Source of the DNA: Eledone cirrhosa
Lineage: Eukaryota
NCBI GenBank assembly: GCA_964016885.1
Contig: OZ024742.1
Span: 296,236,001 to 296,300,000, forward strand
Direction: 5' to 3'
Length of the DNA: 64,000 nt
In this document: positions 38,785-54,056 of the stretch, one piece after another
Position numbering within the stretch: the stretch's first letter is position 1
Layout of the letters: each line of letters starts with the position of its first letter
The notes under the pieces: model-generated
The model's database searches: none
The model's input: the letters and a program-made list of their open reading frames with translations, nothing else
Told to the model about the DNA's origin: nothing
Program-made: the position numbers and the translations under genes

Positions 38785-38817
<33 letters not shown>

Positions 38818-40364
38818 GTGTGTGTGCGTGTGTGCGTGTGTGTGTGTGTGTATAAACACATCTTTTGTTTTCCATGGGGAGAGCGAGAAAGGTCGATGCG
38901 AGAAAGGTTGATGCGGGAAATAAAACCAAGGCTAAGTCTTCAGAGTAGTTTCTAAGGAATGGAAGATGCAGGTGTAGGGGAGGGCTACGTTCATGTTCCG
39001 AAGCCATATTGCAATAATAAAGCAGCGTCCAACCTTATGGCGTGTTATATCTTAAAATACCAATTGTCGATTTGGCAATGCCTTCAGAAGGTAAACTTTG
39101 TTTAGTGTCAGATTTAAACTGGCTATATGAAACCTGGAGATAGCATGTTAAAGAAATCCCCTCTGAGAGTCTCATATAAGTGCCTTTTAATTATTTTGAG
39201 GTTCCTGCCAATTGTATGGCCCTATGCGTTAGCTTGTTAATTTTATGCCCAAGTCTAGCACTCGGTACTCACTTGAAAGGAAAAAAATAAAATAAAATGT
39301 ACCAACCGTTAGATCTTCCTATTGTTGATATTAACTGCCAGTCGCAAAAGTGCAACGTCAAATAAATTATTTTGCTCAAGAATACAACAGGCAGCCCGGT
39401 TCAGGAATCGAACCCACAACCATGTCAAACACCCTAACCACTAAGCCATCTATCTTTCTCTTTTTGTTCCTTTTCACATGAAAGGAAGTGCCTAAATTAT
39501 AAGGAACTAGGGACTCATGTGGAGTATGAGGGTAACAATGTACAGTGCCTTCAGCTCCAGTGGAGGTTGGGTATCATGCGTTTGTAGCTAGATCAACAAT
39601 GTGACATCTGGCTGGCATTGGCCTTATGAAGGATATCAGGACAGTGATTCGCGAACTGTTGAGTGAAACAAACCATTTCGTCAAGGATGAAAACCAAAGT
39701 TATCCTCGGTGGGATTCGGGCCGGTAAAACATACTGCAAATCATTTCGACTAACGCACTAATGATTCTGACCGCCATTTATATTTGTTTCTAATTTTGGC
39801 TTAAGGAGACGGGGTTGATTATATAGATCCTAGTATACTTGACTGGAACTTTATTCTATCGACCCTGGAAAGATAAAAGGCAAAGTTAACTTCGGAGAGA
39901 ACTTGAATCCAGAACATAAAGAGCCGGAATAAATACTGCTAAGCGTTTGTCAGAAGCCCTAATGATTCTAACAAAACAATAAATTATGCTAACGCGTAAT
40001 AGTATTTTGGAGCAATCATCCTTGTTCCAGGTTAGAATTAATATAAGCGTCACGTAATGTTGGAAGCAATGAAACGTGATATATGACATATTTTTATGTG
40101 CATTTCATAGAAAAAAGGAAATTTTGGTAGTGCAATCTTAATTTGAACTGGCATTATCTCACTTTGAAATGGCGTGCTCACTACAAATAATGAAGTTAGC
40201 CAACGATATCGTTTGTTTTTTTGCAACAAAAATGTCATTATAGAATTGTGAATTCACATCACTCCTAAAAAGTCTCATAATTTTGCTTTGTTCTGTTTAT
40301 AAGCAGTTTTATGATGATTATATTTCTTTAACACAGTTTAAGTATTCTAATAACAAATTCATTG

Positions 40365-40410
<46 letters not shown>

Positions 40411-40413
<3 letters not shown>

Positions 40414-40665
40414 TATGTTGATTTAAAACTGCACTATCCACAAGTGTTTTTTAGCCTTCATATCATGTTCTCCTGTTTTATCTGATGAAAACACAAATAT
40501 TATTGCATGATGATGTTTGTTTTTGAAATGCGCATAATAAAATACATGGAACTCCTTTAACCATCTTTTGATCTTATATTATGCATACTCCAGTCCTACA
40601 AACTGTAGAGTGCTTCTTATCCGATATCTGCATTGCTTTATTGTACTACAATAAAACTCACCTCC

Positions 40666-40670
<5 letters not shown>
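40411..40670 (+). mobile_element. Solo PLE pLTR between two (TA)n tracts
   Basis: Matches 56998-57160 (direct) and 55603-55712 (inverted), and contains a hammerhead motif. Confidence 0.8.
40476..40542 (+). ncRNA. Hammerhead ribozyme motif with a long stem II
   Basis: ttttat-CTGATGA-aaacacaaatattat..atgatgatgtttgttttt-GAAA-tgcgca-TA-ataaaa. Confidence 0.8.
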
Positions 40671-40724
<54 letters not shown>

Positions 40725-40800
40725 CAAACATAAATAACAAAACAAACGTACAATGAAGAAATATATTATTAGTTTTGCGCTTGATATAATAGGAAAAGAG

Positions 40801-40836
40801 TCTTAACGTTTCGGACTCTAGTCCTTCATCAGAAAA
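40801..40836 (-). ncRNA. Minimal hammerhead ribozyme motif
   Basis: Minus strand tttt-CTGATGA-aggactagagtcc-GAAA-cg-TT-aaga. Confidence 0.75.
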
Positions 40837-41368
40837 TGGAATGAGAAATTAAAGGAGAAATAGAAAGATTGAAGAGTGGGCAGTAGCAGAAACGAAAAAA
40901 ACATTTCTGAGGAAAACAGGCCTCTTGGAAAACTAATATTGAATTATATTATATTGTATTATATTATATTATATTAAATTATATTATGTTATATTACATT
41001 ATATTATTTAATTTTGTATTATACTAGGTTATATTAAGTATACCTCGAAGTTGAAGATGCTACAAGGCAGGCGCCAGTGTCGAATTATTTGAGGCAGTCA
41101 CAAAGCATTCAATGGTACAATATGTTAATAATATTTTTTGAAGTTAGTTAACAGATAAAGTTATGTATGGTTGAACCATGTATATATCGACTAGGTGTAT
41201 GTAGCCATAGTATATAACCACACTAATGACGAATACCAATAGGTAAAAGAATCAATTCGCCTGGACCGATTAGATTACTGTCTTTATTCGTTCATTTTTC
41301 TGTCTTCGTCCATATTTTTTTCATTATATACATACATATATATACCACATTTCCTTCCACATCTCCTT

Positions 41369-41643
<275 letters not shown>

Positions 41644-41720
41644 AAGGAGATGTGGTAAGGAACCAGATGGACCATAACGCACCAGAGTAGTCAATACTTA
41701 GGGTAGTAGAGTGGGTAATA

Positions 41721-41832
41721 GGAAAAAGTATGACCCCGACGGCAGAGCTCAAGCCGTTTCGATGGCTATTTCTGGAGTCCAGAAATAGCCGCCGAAACGG
41801 CTTGGGCTCTGCCGTCGGGGGTCATACTTTTT

Positions 41833-41834
<2 letters not shown>
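41721..41834. repeat. 114-bp GC-rich palindrome between long (TA)n tracts
   Basis: ggaaaaagtatgaccccgacggcagag...ctctgccgtcgggggtcatactttttcc. The flanking 41641-41690 resembles 8551-8595. Confidence 0.9.
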
Positions 41835-41885
<51 letters not shown>

Positions 41886-41913
41886 GTATATATATATGTA
41901 TATATATATATAT

Positions 41914-42039
<126 letters not shown>

Positions 42040-42057
42040 GTATATATACATGTATAT

Positions 42058-42132
<75 letters not shown>

Positions 42133-42159
42133 CAAAGAGAAGTGTGTTACACAGTGAGA

Positions 42160-42192
<33 letters not shown>

Positions 42193-42254
42193 CCGTATGT
42201 GGTTGTCACTGAGAGAAAAGAGTACCCAATACCGAAGTAGAGTTTTAATATTAA

Positions 42255-42375
42255 TTTCATTAAGGCTAAATAGTGAGTCTTGTTACTCTGGAGTTTCGCC
42301 TATTTATCGCAGAATCATCGTTTGATGACCCTGTGATAAACAGGCGAAACTCCACTATTTAGTCTAAATAAAATG
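42255..42375. repeat. Short palindrome made of two partial hammerhead motifs
   Basis: Plus strand tTGATGA-ccctgtgataaacaggc-GAAA-ctcca. Minus strand GATGA-ttctgcgataaataggc-GAAA-ctccagag-TA-acaa. Confidence 0.6.
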
Positions 42376-42386
42376 AATACATACAT

Positions 42387-42472
<86 letters not shown>

Positions 42473-42946
42473 TGTGTGTGTAATATCCAAAGATAGCTTT
42501 GCTAAAGTTTGGTGAAAAAAACCGAATATTACTTATTTTGTCTGTAAAACAATTGGTTATGTACAAAATTCGGTTGACCGAGCGATTACACTGTTCACCA
42601 GTTTTTTGTTTATTGAATATCGATTTCTTACACAAAGGCACAAGGCATGAAAAAGCTAGCGAGCTAATACCGAATTGTTATCTATTTTCTTTGGCCGTTA
42701 ATAACAGTTAAAACAACAACAAAGATTTCTTTTATTATGTTACGTTCGATATGTTGACTTTTAATAAAACAACTTCTTAAAGAATTTAATTGCCATGTAT
42801 TCTTTATGGTCCGGCGAATTACCAGAGTCATTAGGGCCAAGATGTTTGTTCTAGTTTACTGTGACCTCAGTTCAAACCTCGTTGATGTCAAATTTACAGT
42901 TCATTTTTTATCAAGGCCGATAATAAAATATTAGTCAAGTATTTGG

Positions 42947-43052
<106 letters not shown>

Positions 43053-44552
43053 CTCTCTCTCTCCTTTTTTTTTTCTCTCTCTCTCTGGACGAAATCGGGC
43101 TATGTTCTGATCATAGGATATGTTGACAGTTAATAAAACAGTTTCCTCGTTAACGATTATATTTCCAAATACTTATTTATTGGCAGTGAGTTAGCAGAAT
43201 CATCAGGGCCTCGATATTTGTTTGTTCCAGCTTGCTGCGCTCCGAGTTTAAATCCCGCTGATGTCAAATTTGCCTTTCATCCTTTGAGGTCGATAAATAA
43301 AGTACTAGTCCATGGTTGATGTATTGCTTTGCAATATCCGTTATGACTATGTGCCTTTTAAGTTCAAATCTCGCCTCTTTTTAAGAGTTGGCAGATAGTA
43401 TCACCAAAGGAACGACAAATGGAAACAATGTTTCTTTGGTTCAATCTGACGATCCTTCTTCTTTTATTTACATATACGTTGTAAATCATGATCTTTCTCA
43501 TGTTGTTTTTAAAAGAAAATTATTATTATGAAAGACATATATATCTTTTAAATAATGCAATATTCAGTATTTCTGTAAATGTTTTATACATCAAATAAAT
43601 GATATTTCATAGACATGCGGATGGCGAGGAAGATACGCTGAAAGTTAATCTATCTTGCAGGATTCGGTTTGTGAATAGCCATCTCAACGCCGATCGACGT
43701 AAGTAGGAAGATGGTTCAAGGACGCAATACACGAGATGTTTCTACCACTACGGGTTCGAAGATCAATTAGCAGAGATCATGTTGTACTTTATCAGCTTAA
43801 GGACTTTAGCCTATTGGACAATGATGCCTGGGTCTGAAACTGATTTCAGCGGGTTGACACGAGAGAAAGCTGTTTACATCCTGTATTAATGAATTGCTCC
43901 CTCGAAATGGAAAAGATTATAATTCTATCCAGCTTAATTCCATCCCATTAGTCTAAAACTCTTGGGTTCTAGCTACGATGGGGTAACCTGCTGCGTCCAA
44001 GCCACGTTTAATGAACTTGTTATGTGTGGCATGTCGTAGAAAGTTGACTGTGCTGCAGACATGATAGTGGGAGGAGTGTAAATATTTTATAGCTGTAATA
44101 AAATAAGAATAACAGGAAAAAGTAGTGTTGGGTAAAAAGGCAACGCCATACACCTGCTTGATAAGTTACACATTACGTGAGTCAGACAATGTGGAGAAAA
44201 ATGATATGTGACAAAGATAAGCGTATTAATTTTCATTAGAGTGTGAGTATTGTGTTGGTCTTCAAAAAGCTGGCTAATCATACAATTATGTATTTTCAAT
44301 AGAAATCAATCTATTTGTATTGCAATAAGTCGTAACTGTAGCAAATATTTTATATCCGTAAAATAAACAAAATAAAAACCAAATAAAAATATTGGAAACA
44401 TTTATTGTTTTTTTTTAAAAACAATGACAAGCAGCTGCTGGGATCTTGGTTTGATTTGGAATAAATAAATTACAACAGTCGCTAGATAGAAAACAAAAAA
44501 TGTAATAATAAGATTTCTTTCTTTTTTCGAAGAACAATAAGCTAATATAAAA

Positions 44553-44910
44553 TAATTGTTTCTACTTTTGGCACAAGGCCAGCAATTACCCAGTACATTA
44601 CTGGTACTTTATTTTATCAACCCCGTAAGGATGAAAGGCAAAGTCAACCTCGGCGGGATTTGAACTCAGAATGGCAAGGGCCGTAACTCTATGCGTCAAA
44701 GTGTGGCGTCCGACCCTCTACCGATATTGCCAATCCACCGAAAATAATGGTTTCTGATTAGGCACAAAGCCAACCATTTTTGGGGGAAGGGAAAGTCGAT
44801 GAAAGGCAAAGCTAATCGCGGTGGCATTTGAACTCAGAACGTAAAGAGCCGTAACTCTGTGCTGCAAAACATGATGTTTGACACTCTACCGACACTTCCA
44901 ATCAACCTCC
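44553..44910 (-). mobile_element. Two tandem SINE copies
   Basis: Same family as 9139. Further copies lie at ~28375, 39830, 43185, 48795-49122 and 56350. Confidence 0.85.
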
Positions 44911-45074
44911 CTCAGCTAATCTAAAATAGTAAATGCTAGTTTCTGTGCATTTTGGCTTGGGCAGATATAAGTATTGAATTTAAGTATTGCAGTAAATAAC
45001 TCGCAAATGTCGTTGCAAAGGCGTATCGTTCCTTCGCCATGAAAGAAATTTTACCTTTTAATCATAAGCGAAAG

Positions 45075-45365
45075 CAAAGCAGGAGACCCAGGGGTAGACC
45101 CCGAGCAAGATGGTTGGATAACATCCATAAGCTCGACTCGTCTCACTTGGGGATTCAGCCGGATCAATTGGAAACAGTTGCTTCTGACAGAACCCGCTGG
45201 AAGGAGTGTTTGAGGACTCTGCTCCTGTGACCCTCTCAGGAATAAGTGAGAAGAAGAAGAAGAAGAAGAAGAAGAAGAAGAAGAAGAAGAAGAAGAAGAA
45301 GAAGAAGAAGAAGAAGAAGAAGAAGAAGAAGAAGAAGAAGAAGGAGAAGAAGAAGAAGAAGAAGA
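45075..45365 (+). mobile_element. RTE-like LINE 3' end with an expanded (GAA)n tail
   Basis: RRPRGRPRARWLDNI...VASDRTRWK, then (GAA)n at 45250-45365. Confidence 0.75.
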
Positions 45366-45899
45366 TAATCATAAGTGATTCGCTCGCTACATACAATAGA
45401 GACTAAGGAGTATCGGAGAATCGATGAAAAAAAAAAAAAAAAGAAATCTTTTATTCGAAAATCGGTATGAGATTGAATCTCATTGAATGTGCTATGTTGT
45501 TCCAATCTTGCCTCTGCTTATTACAAGTTCATATCCTATATTTGCTTAATTAAGTTGCGGAGTTACCATTTTGTAGAGAATACATATCGTTTATCAGGTA
45601 CAAATACAAACACATATGACAAATACAATTAACTATTGCTAGAAACCTCACAAATACAACGCACCAAAATATATGACCAGAGCGAGAGAAAGAAGAAAAT
45701 ATAATGGTGGAAGCAAAAACAAAAACGACCACCAATTCACCACCAAGAACGACAATCAATTGTTCTTGAAACTAATACCGGTTTTACGTTTTTCTTTGTT
45801 TCAACATTTTCTAAAGAATAAAACCTCACGCAAAGTGTATAAAACTATGTATTATTTCAAAGCTTTCTTTATGCTCTTTTTTTTATGGAATTCATTTTT

Positions 45900-46260
45900 G
45901 TCAGTTTTCAGATCTTTGACGTTAAGATATCGAAACAGAATTTTCGATAAATTTATTTCTATGAGATCTCGACGGCAGTGCAACAGCCAAGCAAGTATTA
46001 ATGAATATACATTGCAATTTTTGTTTCAATAATTCTGTCGTGGTGAATTCACTTTTGAAGATAAGGAAGGTCACGGAAGTCTTCCTGTCATTCACGACGA
46101 GGAATTGAGGGGTTTGGTGGAAGTAATTCCTCACACAGCTGTTCGAGAGATTTCAGAAGAGCTAGATGTGAGCATTAAGGACATTTCTGAACATTTGAAC
46201 TGTCGAATAATCTTGAAAACAGATGCCATGTGAATTAAATGAAAATCAAAATAATCACCG
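45900..46260 (+). pseudogene. Mariner transposase N-terminal remnant
   Basis: Degenerate F.FEDKEG.G..P...TAVREISEELDVS....SEHL helix-turn-helix. Confidence 0.5.
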
Positions 46261-46289
46261 TTATGAAGAGAACTGGAGAGAAAAATAGT

Positions 46290-46665
46290 AGTCCTGCTTC
46301 GTTGGATGTGCAACGTAAATGTGAGAGAAAAGCAGAGCATGGGTGAACTAAGGGAAAAGTTGGGTTTAAGAGGAATCTGAGGTGGTATACAAGAGAGACG
46401 ACTGCATTGGTATGGACATATGATGCGCATAGATGATGACGAATGGGTGAAGAGATGTCAGGAAATGCCAGTGGATGGACGCCGCAGTAAAGGTAGACCG
46501 AGAAAGACCTGAGCAGATGTAATGGGAGCTGACCTCAAATCGCTGAGACTCACAGAGGAGATGATGAAGAAACGCAGCGAATGGAGAGATGCTGAAAAGG
46601 ACCCATCCAACTCATGCAAGCGTGGGAGAACGGACGTGAAAATGATGATGATGGCGATAATGATG
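46290..46665 (+). mobile_element. RTE LINE 3' fragment with a (GAT)n tail
   Basis: LRWMC.V....ELREKLG...QERRLHWYGHMMR...GRPRKT. Confidence 0.8.
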
Positions 46666-48088
46666 AATCTTCATCATCATCATTTAATGTCTGTTTTCTC
46701 TTCTAGCGTATGTATGTGTTTATGTATGTATGTATGTTCTTTTTGGCGGAGGAACCGCCAAGTTTGATTTGCGATGGAGAAAGAGACTCCTAGTCGTGAT
46801 TAAGACATCTCTTTAGTAGAAGGTCACTCTGATATAAAACCTGCGACTTCGTTTGCATCCGATGATGTTGACCAGTTCTCGTTTTCGGGTAGTGTTTTCA
46901 ATGCTCAGAGAGTGGGATTGGTCGAGTGCAAGGCCTTTCCCCACTTAAAAAAACCTTCAAAGCACAGGCATTGCTTGTTCAGGATCTGTTACAGGTTCGT
47001 GTGACTGGCTGTAGCCTAAAAGTGCACCAAAGTCTATAATCTGACAAACGATTGCAATACTCTTAGCAGTTTGCAGCCATAATGTATGTATGTATATGTG
47101 TATGTATATTTACATACATACACATACACATTCACACACACTCACTGACAGCAAGTTATTCAGTAATTGTTTACCTTTTTGTAAATATGTATATATTTTA
47201 TTACCAGATCATCCATTATTTCTACTACATTCTTGATAATGTAAGTTAAATATTCCTTCAATTTTATACTAGGAATAATGAATCAGTTTTCTTTACCTTT
47301 TGCTTGAAGCTGGAAATTACAGAAATTTTCTTTAATGCGAACTTAATGAAGATCTGGTGAAATCACCCGGAAAATGATATCTTTACAAATAAATTGACAT
47401 TTATTTACTTCAATATTCAGTCTTGAATGGAATAGAGGAATAAATATATGATTTAGCACTTGTAGTGTGTATTGTTATAGAAGATCCTGTGTTTTGTATA
47501 TTACAATGTATATTCAGAGCATTAAACAATAAGGATTGGTGAATATACACACATATATACATACATACAGACATACACACGCACACACACACATATGATG
47601 ACTGCCCCCTCTTTATCGAGTATGGCCATTGCACGATATAACATTATTAATAATTATCAATTAAAGCTATCGTGCAATGCCTGTACGTGAAGGCTTTTTT
47701 TAAAGTTAGGAAAGACTGTGCACTGAGCCAATCCCAGTCTCTGAGCGACAGTAGCTATAACCCGAAAGGAAGACAAGATCAACATCATCGGTGACTTCTA
47801 GGAGAAGGCAACTTAGGAAACTGGGATAACTCCGACATAAACACACATATATACGCATACATACTCAAACAAACATGCATACATACACACACAAACACAC
47901 ACCTTTACACATGCATACACACACACACATACTCAACCACTCACACACACACATACACATGCATGCACACACATACACTTACACACATATACACACACAT
48001 ATACACGCATACACACACACACACACAAACAAACAAACACACACATACACACGTGCACATCCACGCACGCGCACACATGCAAGCAGAT

Positions 48089-48122
<34 letters not shown>

Positions 48123-49557
48123 GTGTACACACACACATACACACGTGCACACATGCATGCATATACACAGGCATATATACATACACACACACAAACACAC
48201 AGGCATATATACATACACACACATACACACAAACACACACAAACACACACACGCACGCACACACACATACACACACTAACACACACATGTCCTAATCACC
48301 TCCCTCTCACATAATGTCATTACTCCAGTGGTGTATTGCTGGGGGTGCATGGAGGGATGCAACCCCCAAAAAATTGTTGTCAAAAAATTTAGTTCTTTTT
48401 GTCGGAAAATTATGGACATATGGAAGCCCACACCCACCCACTCCAAAATGATAGGAGCAATATTCTTATGTTCCACATATTTCTGGTAAGGGTTCCCTTC
48501 CCTCTCCCGCACATATACATGTCTGTTGTGTGTACATGTGTGTGTGTGTGTGTATTTATGTGTGTGTGCGTTGAAGTTAACTATCCCCGTCCGACGGAGA
48601 GATCTCTCACCCACGCCAAAGTGGTTGAGAGATGTCTGCTCTTGTGAAAATGGGTATAGCTTTTATTATGTAACATTTTCCCCATTTTGCCTCATTTCTC
48701 CCCGTTTGGGCTCTTATTGATTAGCAGGTCTGGTGTGTATGTGAATGTGTATGTGAGTGTGTATGATACACACACACACACACATATATATATATCGGCG
48801 GGTTTTGAACTCAGAACGTAAAGGGCCGTAACTCTATGCTGAAAACCATGGCGTCCGATCCTCTCATAAGGGGCGCAACTTTATACCACAAATCATGTTG
48901 TCCGACATTCTACCGACACCGTCAATCCACCGCCCCTTAATATAATTGTTTATATAGGCACAAGGCCAGCAAATACCCAGTGCATTACTGGTACTTTATT
49001 TTATCGACCCCGTAAGGATGAAAGGCAAAATCAACCTCGGCGGGATTTGAACTCAGATCGTAAAGGGACGTAACTATGCTGGAAAGCATGGCGTCCGACC
49101 CTCTACCGATACTGCCAATCCACATGGAGTATTGCTATTCTTCTTTATCCAGAAATAATTAAATGACTTAAGCTGCCTCTTTCCCGAGCAACGTCGCATC
49201 TTGCGTAACCAGGGTGTCCCCTCAAAACGTATACACACTTTGATTACCTGTACAGGCAATATTTATTAGAATGCTCTTGAAGTGTGTATACATTTTGGAT
49301 GATAGTGTTTATTTTTTTGTAGCAATAACATTTTAAAGGAATATTACCTGTCCCGCCTCCTGTTATTTTACTGAAACTAATACTTAACTCCGTTCCTTCA
49401 CCAGCCACGGGATTCAACATCAATGATGGGTGAGTTGCATAACGTGGGTGCTTTTTCTATTATTACGTCATGATTAACTAAATGACCAGTTCCATCTATT
49501 GGTGCACCACAAACATAAATGAATATATATATATATATACACATATATATATATATA

Positions 49558-49597
<40 letters not shown>

Positions 49598-50060
49598 TGT
49601 GTGTCTGTGTCTGTGTGTGTGTGTACATGTGCTTCTGGGATCGCCGGCTTAGGATGACGCCGGCCTCGTCGAGCAAGAGCAAGAAGATATATACATATAT
49701 ATAGGATCAGATTACAACTACGCAGTAAGTTATTAGAAGATTTCAGTGTAAGGAATATAAAGTGATCATTTTGATTTTTTTTCTATAGAAGCAAACCCTG
49801 TCTTGCTTATTTCCGTTGGTTAATAATACCTACAATGACTAACACCAATCTTGATACATCGTAGTCTTCCATGGTGCTTTTGTCCTATTGTTAGTAAGAC
49901 GACTTATTTATTCAGCTCAGGCGTTGCTTTAATCAACGTTGTGAGTCAGCCAATCGATTTCTCGCTTATCACACGCAATTGTGATATACTCAACCGTTTC
50001 TTCCAACGATGAGTGATTAAGCCCTGTTGACTTCTGTGGCAAGTGTGGTGGGTGGAGATG

Positions 50061-50105
<45 letters not shown>

Positions 50106-50108
50106 TGT

Positions 50109-50171
<63 letters not shown>

Positions 50172-51214
50172 ACTAATACACACATAATACATGGTGAGAT
50201 CATTTTAGCTTAGAAAACTGCAAGCTAATGTACTTTATATAAATGGACATGACTAAACAAAGGCTTAATGGTGAAATAAATACATGTCTACAGAATATCA
50301 TGTGAATTATTTATAACGTAATCACCAACAGAAAAATTTATTTATTTATTTAAAAGGGAAACAGTTATGGGCATCCAATAATTAGTCACAGCACGTCACC
50401 AAGGAGTTACCTCCCTTAGATTTCCCATCCTTCGCTTTGTTAATAATAAATACATAATAATGCTTAGAAATGAATAAAAGTCAAACTGCAAACTAATCCC
50501 TCGCAAACGTCATCTATTGATTTCTTACATTCATGTAATGGTACAGCAAATTATAAGTGAGATTTACTTTGAATTGAGTTGATTCAGGTACAACTCGAGT
50601 GTTTGTAAAGGTACGTAACTATATGCAGCAAGGCATAGCACTTTGACTGCATTATATAAAAAAAAAATTAAATCCTTTCTCCGAATACTAGACATTTTTT
50701 CAACGATTTTCCAGCAGTAAAGATACTATAAACATTTGAATGGACAAAGCAAATTTTAGATATTTTCTTTTAAATTATTTCAGGACTTTAAGATTGAAAG
50801 GCTCCCACCCACCGATTTTGTTTCTTAATAATGCTTTATTTCAAAAGAAATTTAGCAGAGATATATTTTGAAAGTGTACATTACAATTATATTGATGTAA
50901 TTTATACGGAAATGAAAATGTTTTGCAATTCATATTTGTAGGAATTATATAGCGATCCTGTTTAAAAGTGAATGCGCGTGGCTGAGTGGTTAGAGAATTG
51001 GATTCGCAATTGTGAGGTTGTGAGTTCGATTCATGAACTGGGTGATGCGTTATGTCCTTGAGCAAGACACTTTATTCCACGTTTCTCCTTCTACCTCGAG
51101 TTGCGACCGATAGATAGTATTAGAAATTGCAAAGAGCAACGGAAACATTGTTTCCTCGGTCCGATTTGAGGAAAAGCCGATCAACTGTTCCTATTTAAGA
51201 AATTAAAAAATATA

Positions 51215-51330
51215 TTTTCACACTCAGAGTTGCTGAAGCATGGAACAAGCTACCTGCATCAGTTGTTAGCTGTCGGGTCACTGCATCTTTCAAAACTTCC
51301 ATGTTTCCCGAAATTCGCCAACACTACATC
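51215..51330 (+). mobile_element. CR1-like LINE extreme 3' fragment
   Basis: FTLRVAEAWNKLPASVVSC, matching 54230-54335. Confidence 0.75.
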
Positions 51331-51352
51331 TGATATTCCCCCCTCCATACAC

Positions 51353-51395
<43 letters not shown>

Positions 51396-51780
51396 TAACT
51401 GTCAATATGTGTATTAATTAGCAAGATGAATAGCTCGTCCGCCTGGTAACAAATCAATGAAATATTACATCTCGTGTGTATGTTTGTCTGAAGAGAACGT
51501 GTAAGGTGGTTACTATATAACTACCTTACATCTTCGAAATATGTATAATATATAAAATAGGGATGTATGAATAAAACCGTCTTTCTTATTTATTGTAATA
51601 AAACTCCGGATGAACAAAAACCATAGAGTGCTCCACATCTGTTAAAGAATAGGTTGGCAGACTTTTAATCAATCAACTTTCTTCAATTGAATATATATAT
51701 GATGATGAAGATCCGCTAAGGTGAAACAATTGTTCTAGGTATGGTCAACTAACTGTTGTGTTACCACTTCTATATATATA

Positions 51781-52140
51781 CATCATCATCATCATCGCCA
51801 TCGTTTAATGTCTATCTTCCACACTAGCATCGGTTTAGACGGGAATTGTCCCACTTGAGGCAAGATTGGTTGGGTGACCGTGTCTCACTCATATAGGACT
51901 GTCTGGCAGGTTTTCTATGGCTGGATGCCCTTCCTAACACCAACCCTGTTTACAGTGTGGACTGGGAGGTTTTTACCGTGTTACCTACACGGCCACATTA
52001 CAGTGTGGACTGTGTGTTTTTTGTTGTGACACCTACACGACCTCATTTATTTTGGACTGTAGTTGTGGTACCAACATAAGTTTACAGAGAAATGGTGATA
52101 TTGGTGGGAGTGGGTGGGGTGGAGTAGGGATAGTGGGATG
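51781..52140 (-). mobile_element. RTE 3' UTR fragment
   Basis: Matches 59358-59710 and 63224-63560. A diverged plus-strand copy lies at 57255-57545. Confidence 0.8.
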
Positions 52141-52154
52141 TATATGTGTGTGTA

Positions 52155-52224
<70 letters not shown>

Positions 52225-52372
52225 GAGTATATGTTGGTTGTTTATCGACACCTCAGTATGCAGATTGGAACACTCGACGAAGTACGCAGGCTGGTTTGGT
52301 TACTCCGGAGTAATGTAAAATAAAGTAATTAAGTCAAATATTTAAGATTTGGCTTCGTTTATTAAAGATGTG

Positions 52373-52425
52373 CTGCTATATATATTTCGGTGATAGCCAT
52401 CATTGGCTGTGACCTCTTCAGGCAG
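52373..52425 (-). ncRNA. Hammerhead ribozyme motif
   Basis: Minus strand ctgc-CTGAAGA-ggtcacagccaatgatggctatcacc-GAAA-tatata-TA-gcag. Confidence 0.8.
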
Positions 52426-53057
52426 TTCGAATTGGTGTGGTAGAGACAGGTACACATGTTGTTCAAGTGTTTTACTCTGTCAATACTCCGATATGTCCAG
52501 CTCCTGATTGTCAAAATCCGGAAATGCAGAGGACTACAGTTTTTAATTCGGCATAGAGTACATATGCTTGAGCTTCCAGCTGGACAGGACCCCGTACTCT
52601 CTGGCCTGGTCCAAAATCAAGAAAGTACCACCTGATAAAGAGGGATCTGGCATCACCCTCAAGATACTCAGCGGTGGAAGCAGCCTGATAAACCTCAGGA
52701 CTGACTTCTTCGGGACATGTAGACACCTCAGGGCCGAGACCTTCCTCAAGCTATATGGACAATAACAACACACTGGGAGGGGAACTTCCCTCAAGCTATA
52801 GGGACTTCTCCGGAACATGTAGACACCCCAGGCCCGGATATTCCTCATGCTATATGAACAATAACAACACTTTGGGATGGGAACTTCCCTCAAGCTATAG
52901 GGACAGTAGCCCCGCCACACCGAGCCCACGGTAAACCACTCCCTACACTTTCACCACCCCTACCCCTGTCTCGATCGACTCCTATGGCAGCACAGACTTA
53001 TGCATATGTCCATACATAGATCCTGTTATTTAAGATTGTACATGCACTGATACTTAC

Positions 53058-53137
<80 letters not shown>

Positions 53138-54056
53138 GCGTGCGAGTATATATATACATATATATATATATGGGTGTGTGTGTTTGTATAATCTGTGAGT
53201 GTGTGGATGTGTGTGAATATGGGATGCACCTGGGCCCGTGTTGGTGCGTGTGGGCTTGTAACGATGTGGGTTGACATACACACATATGTACTCTATGCCG
53301 AATTAAAAACTGTAGTCCTCTGCATTTCCGGATTTTGACACTCAGGTTATGGTGTTTTACACTCCACTCTTGCCTCATTTGCTCTTAAAACGCACCACCC
53401 CATGATATTGTAAAGATCGTAATCCTTTGCATTTCCCGATTCTGACACAGCCTTTATACATCAGTCAATATTTTCCAAATCTTTCAAACTTTAATATTGG
53501 CTATAACACATACGCACTTTATTCTAATTTATTCATTTATTTATTTATTTTTTTACTTCTTCATTTTATTGTATCGTATCTTATTATTTTATTATTTATT
53601 TTATCTTATTTTTTTATATTTTATTTCTTCATTTTACCTTATCTTATTCAATTATCTGTTTGACACACCCCACCAAGTGAAAGGGTGGTAGGATTGATGC
53701 CAACCCACACACAGTCATTCTTCTAAAGACAGCAGCAGTAGAACTAAGGCTGACCTGCCAGCTGACCCCCTAACACCAATAATAACAAGTGAGGAGGTCA
53801 GCTGTACTTAACAAAAACAACCACAACAGATTGTCTTGCCTCAGAAAAAAATTTCTATAGACTTTTGACTGAGGAATGTTCTCACAACTGACCAATGGGA
53901 GGAGAGAGTGTCCTATGATGCCGAAATTCGTTTGTTCGAATTCATATGATTCCACTTCCTCAGAGAAATAACAACCCAACCAGGAATGGACATATCGGAG
54001 TATTGACGGAGTAAAACACTTTAACAGTGTACCTGTCTCTACCACACCAATTCGAA

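Noticed and set aside
43953-44080. Possible minus-strand exon in unique-looking sequence
   Set aside because: It is short, has no recognisable domain and has a weak donor, so it cannot be supported without RNA data.
46790-47835. Inverted similarity between ~46850-46975 and ~47670-47790
   Set aside because: The two segments are strongly diverged and are best explained as two old copies of a dispersed repeat in opposite orientation.
49340-49510. Possible minus-strand exon ending in a GT donor
   Set aside because: It is a diverged copy of the 8182-8425 / 57650-57910 repeat.
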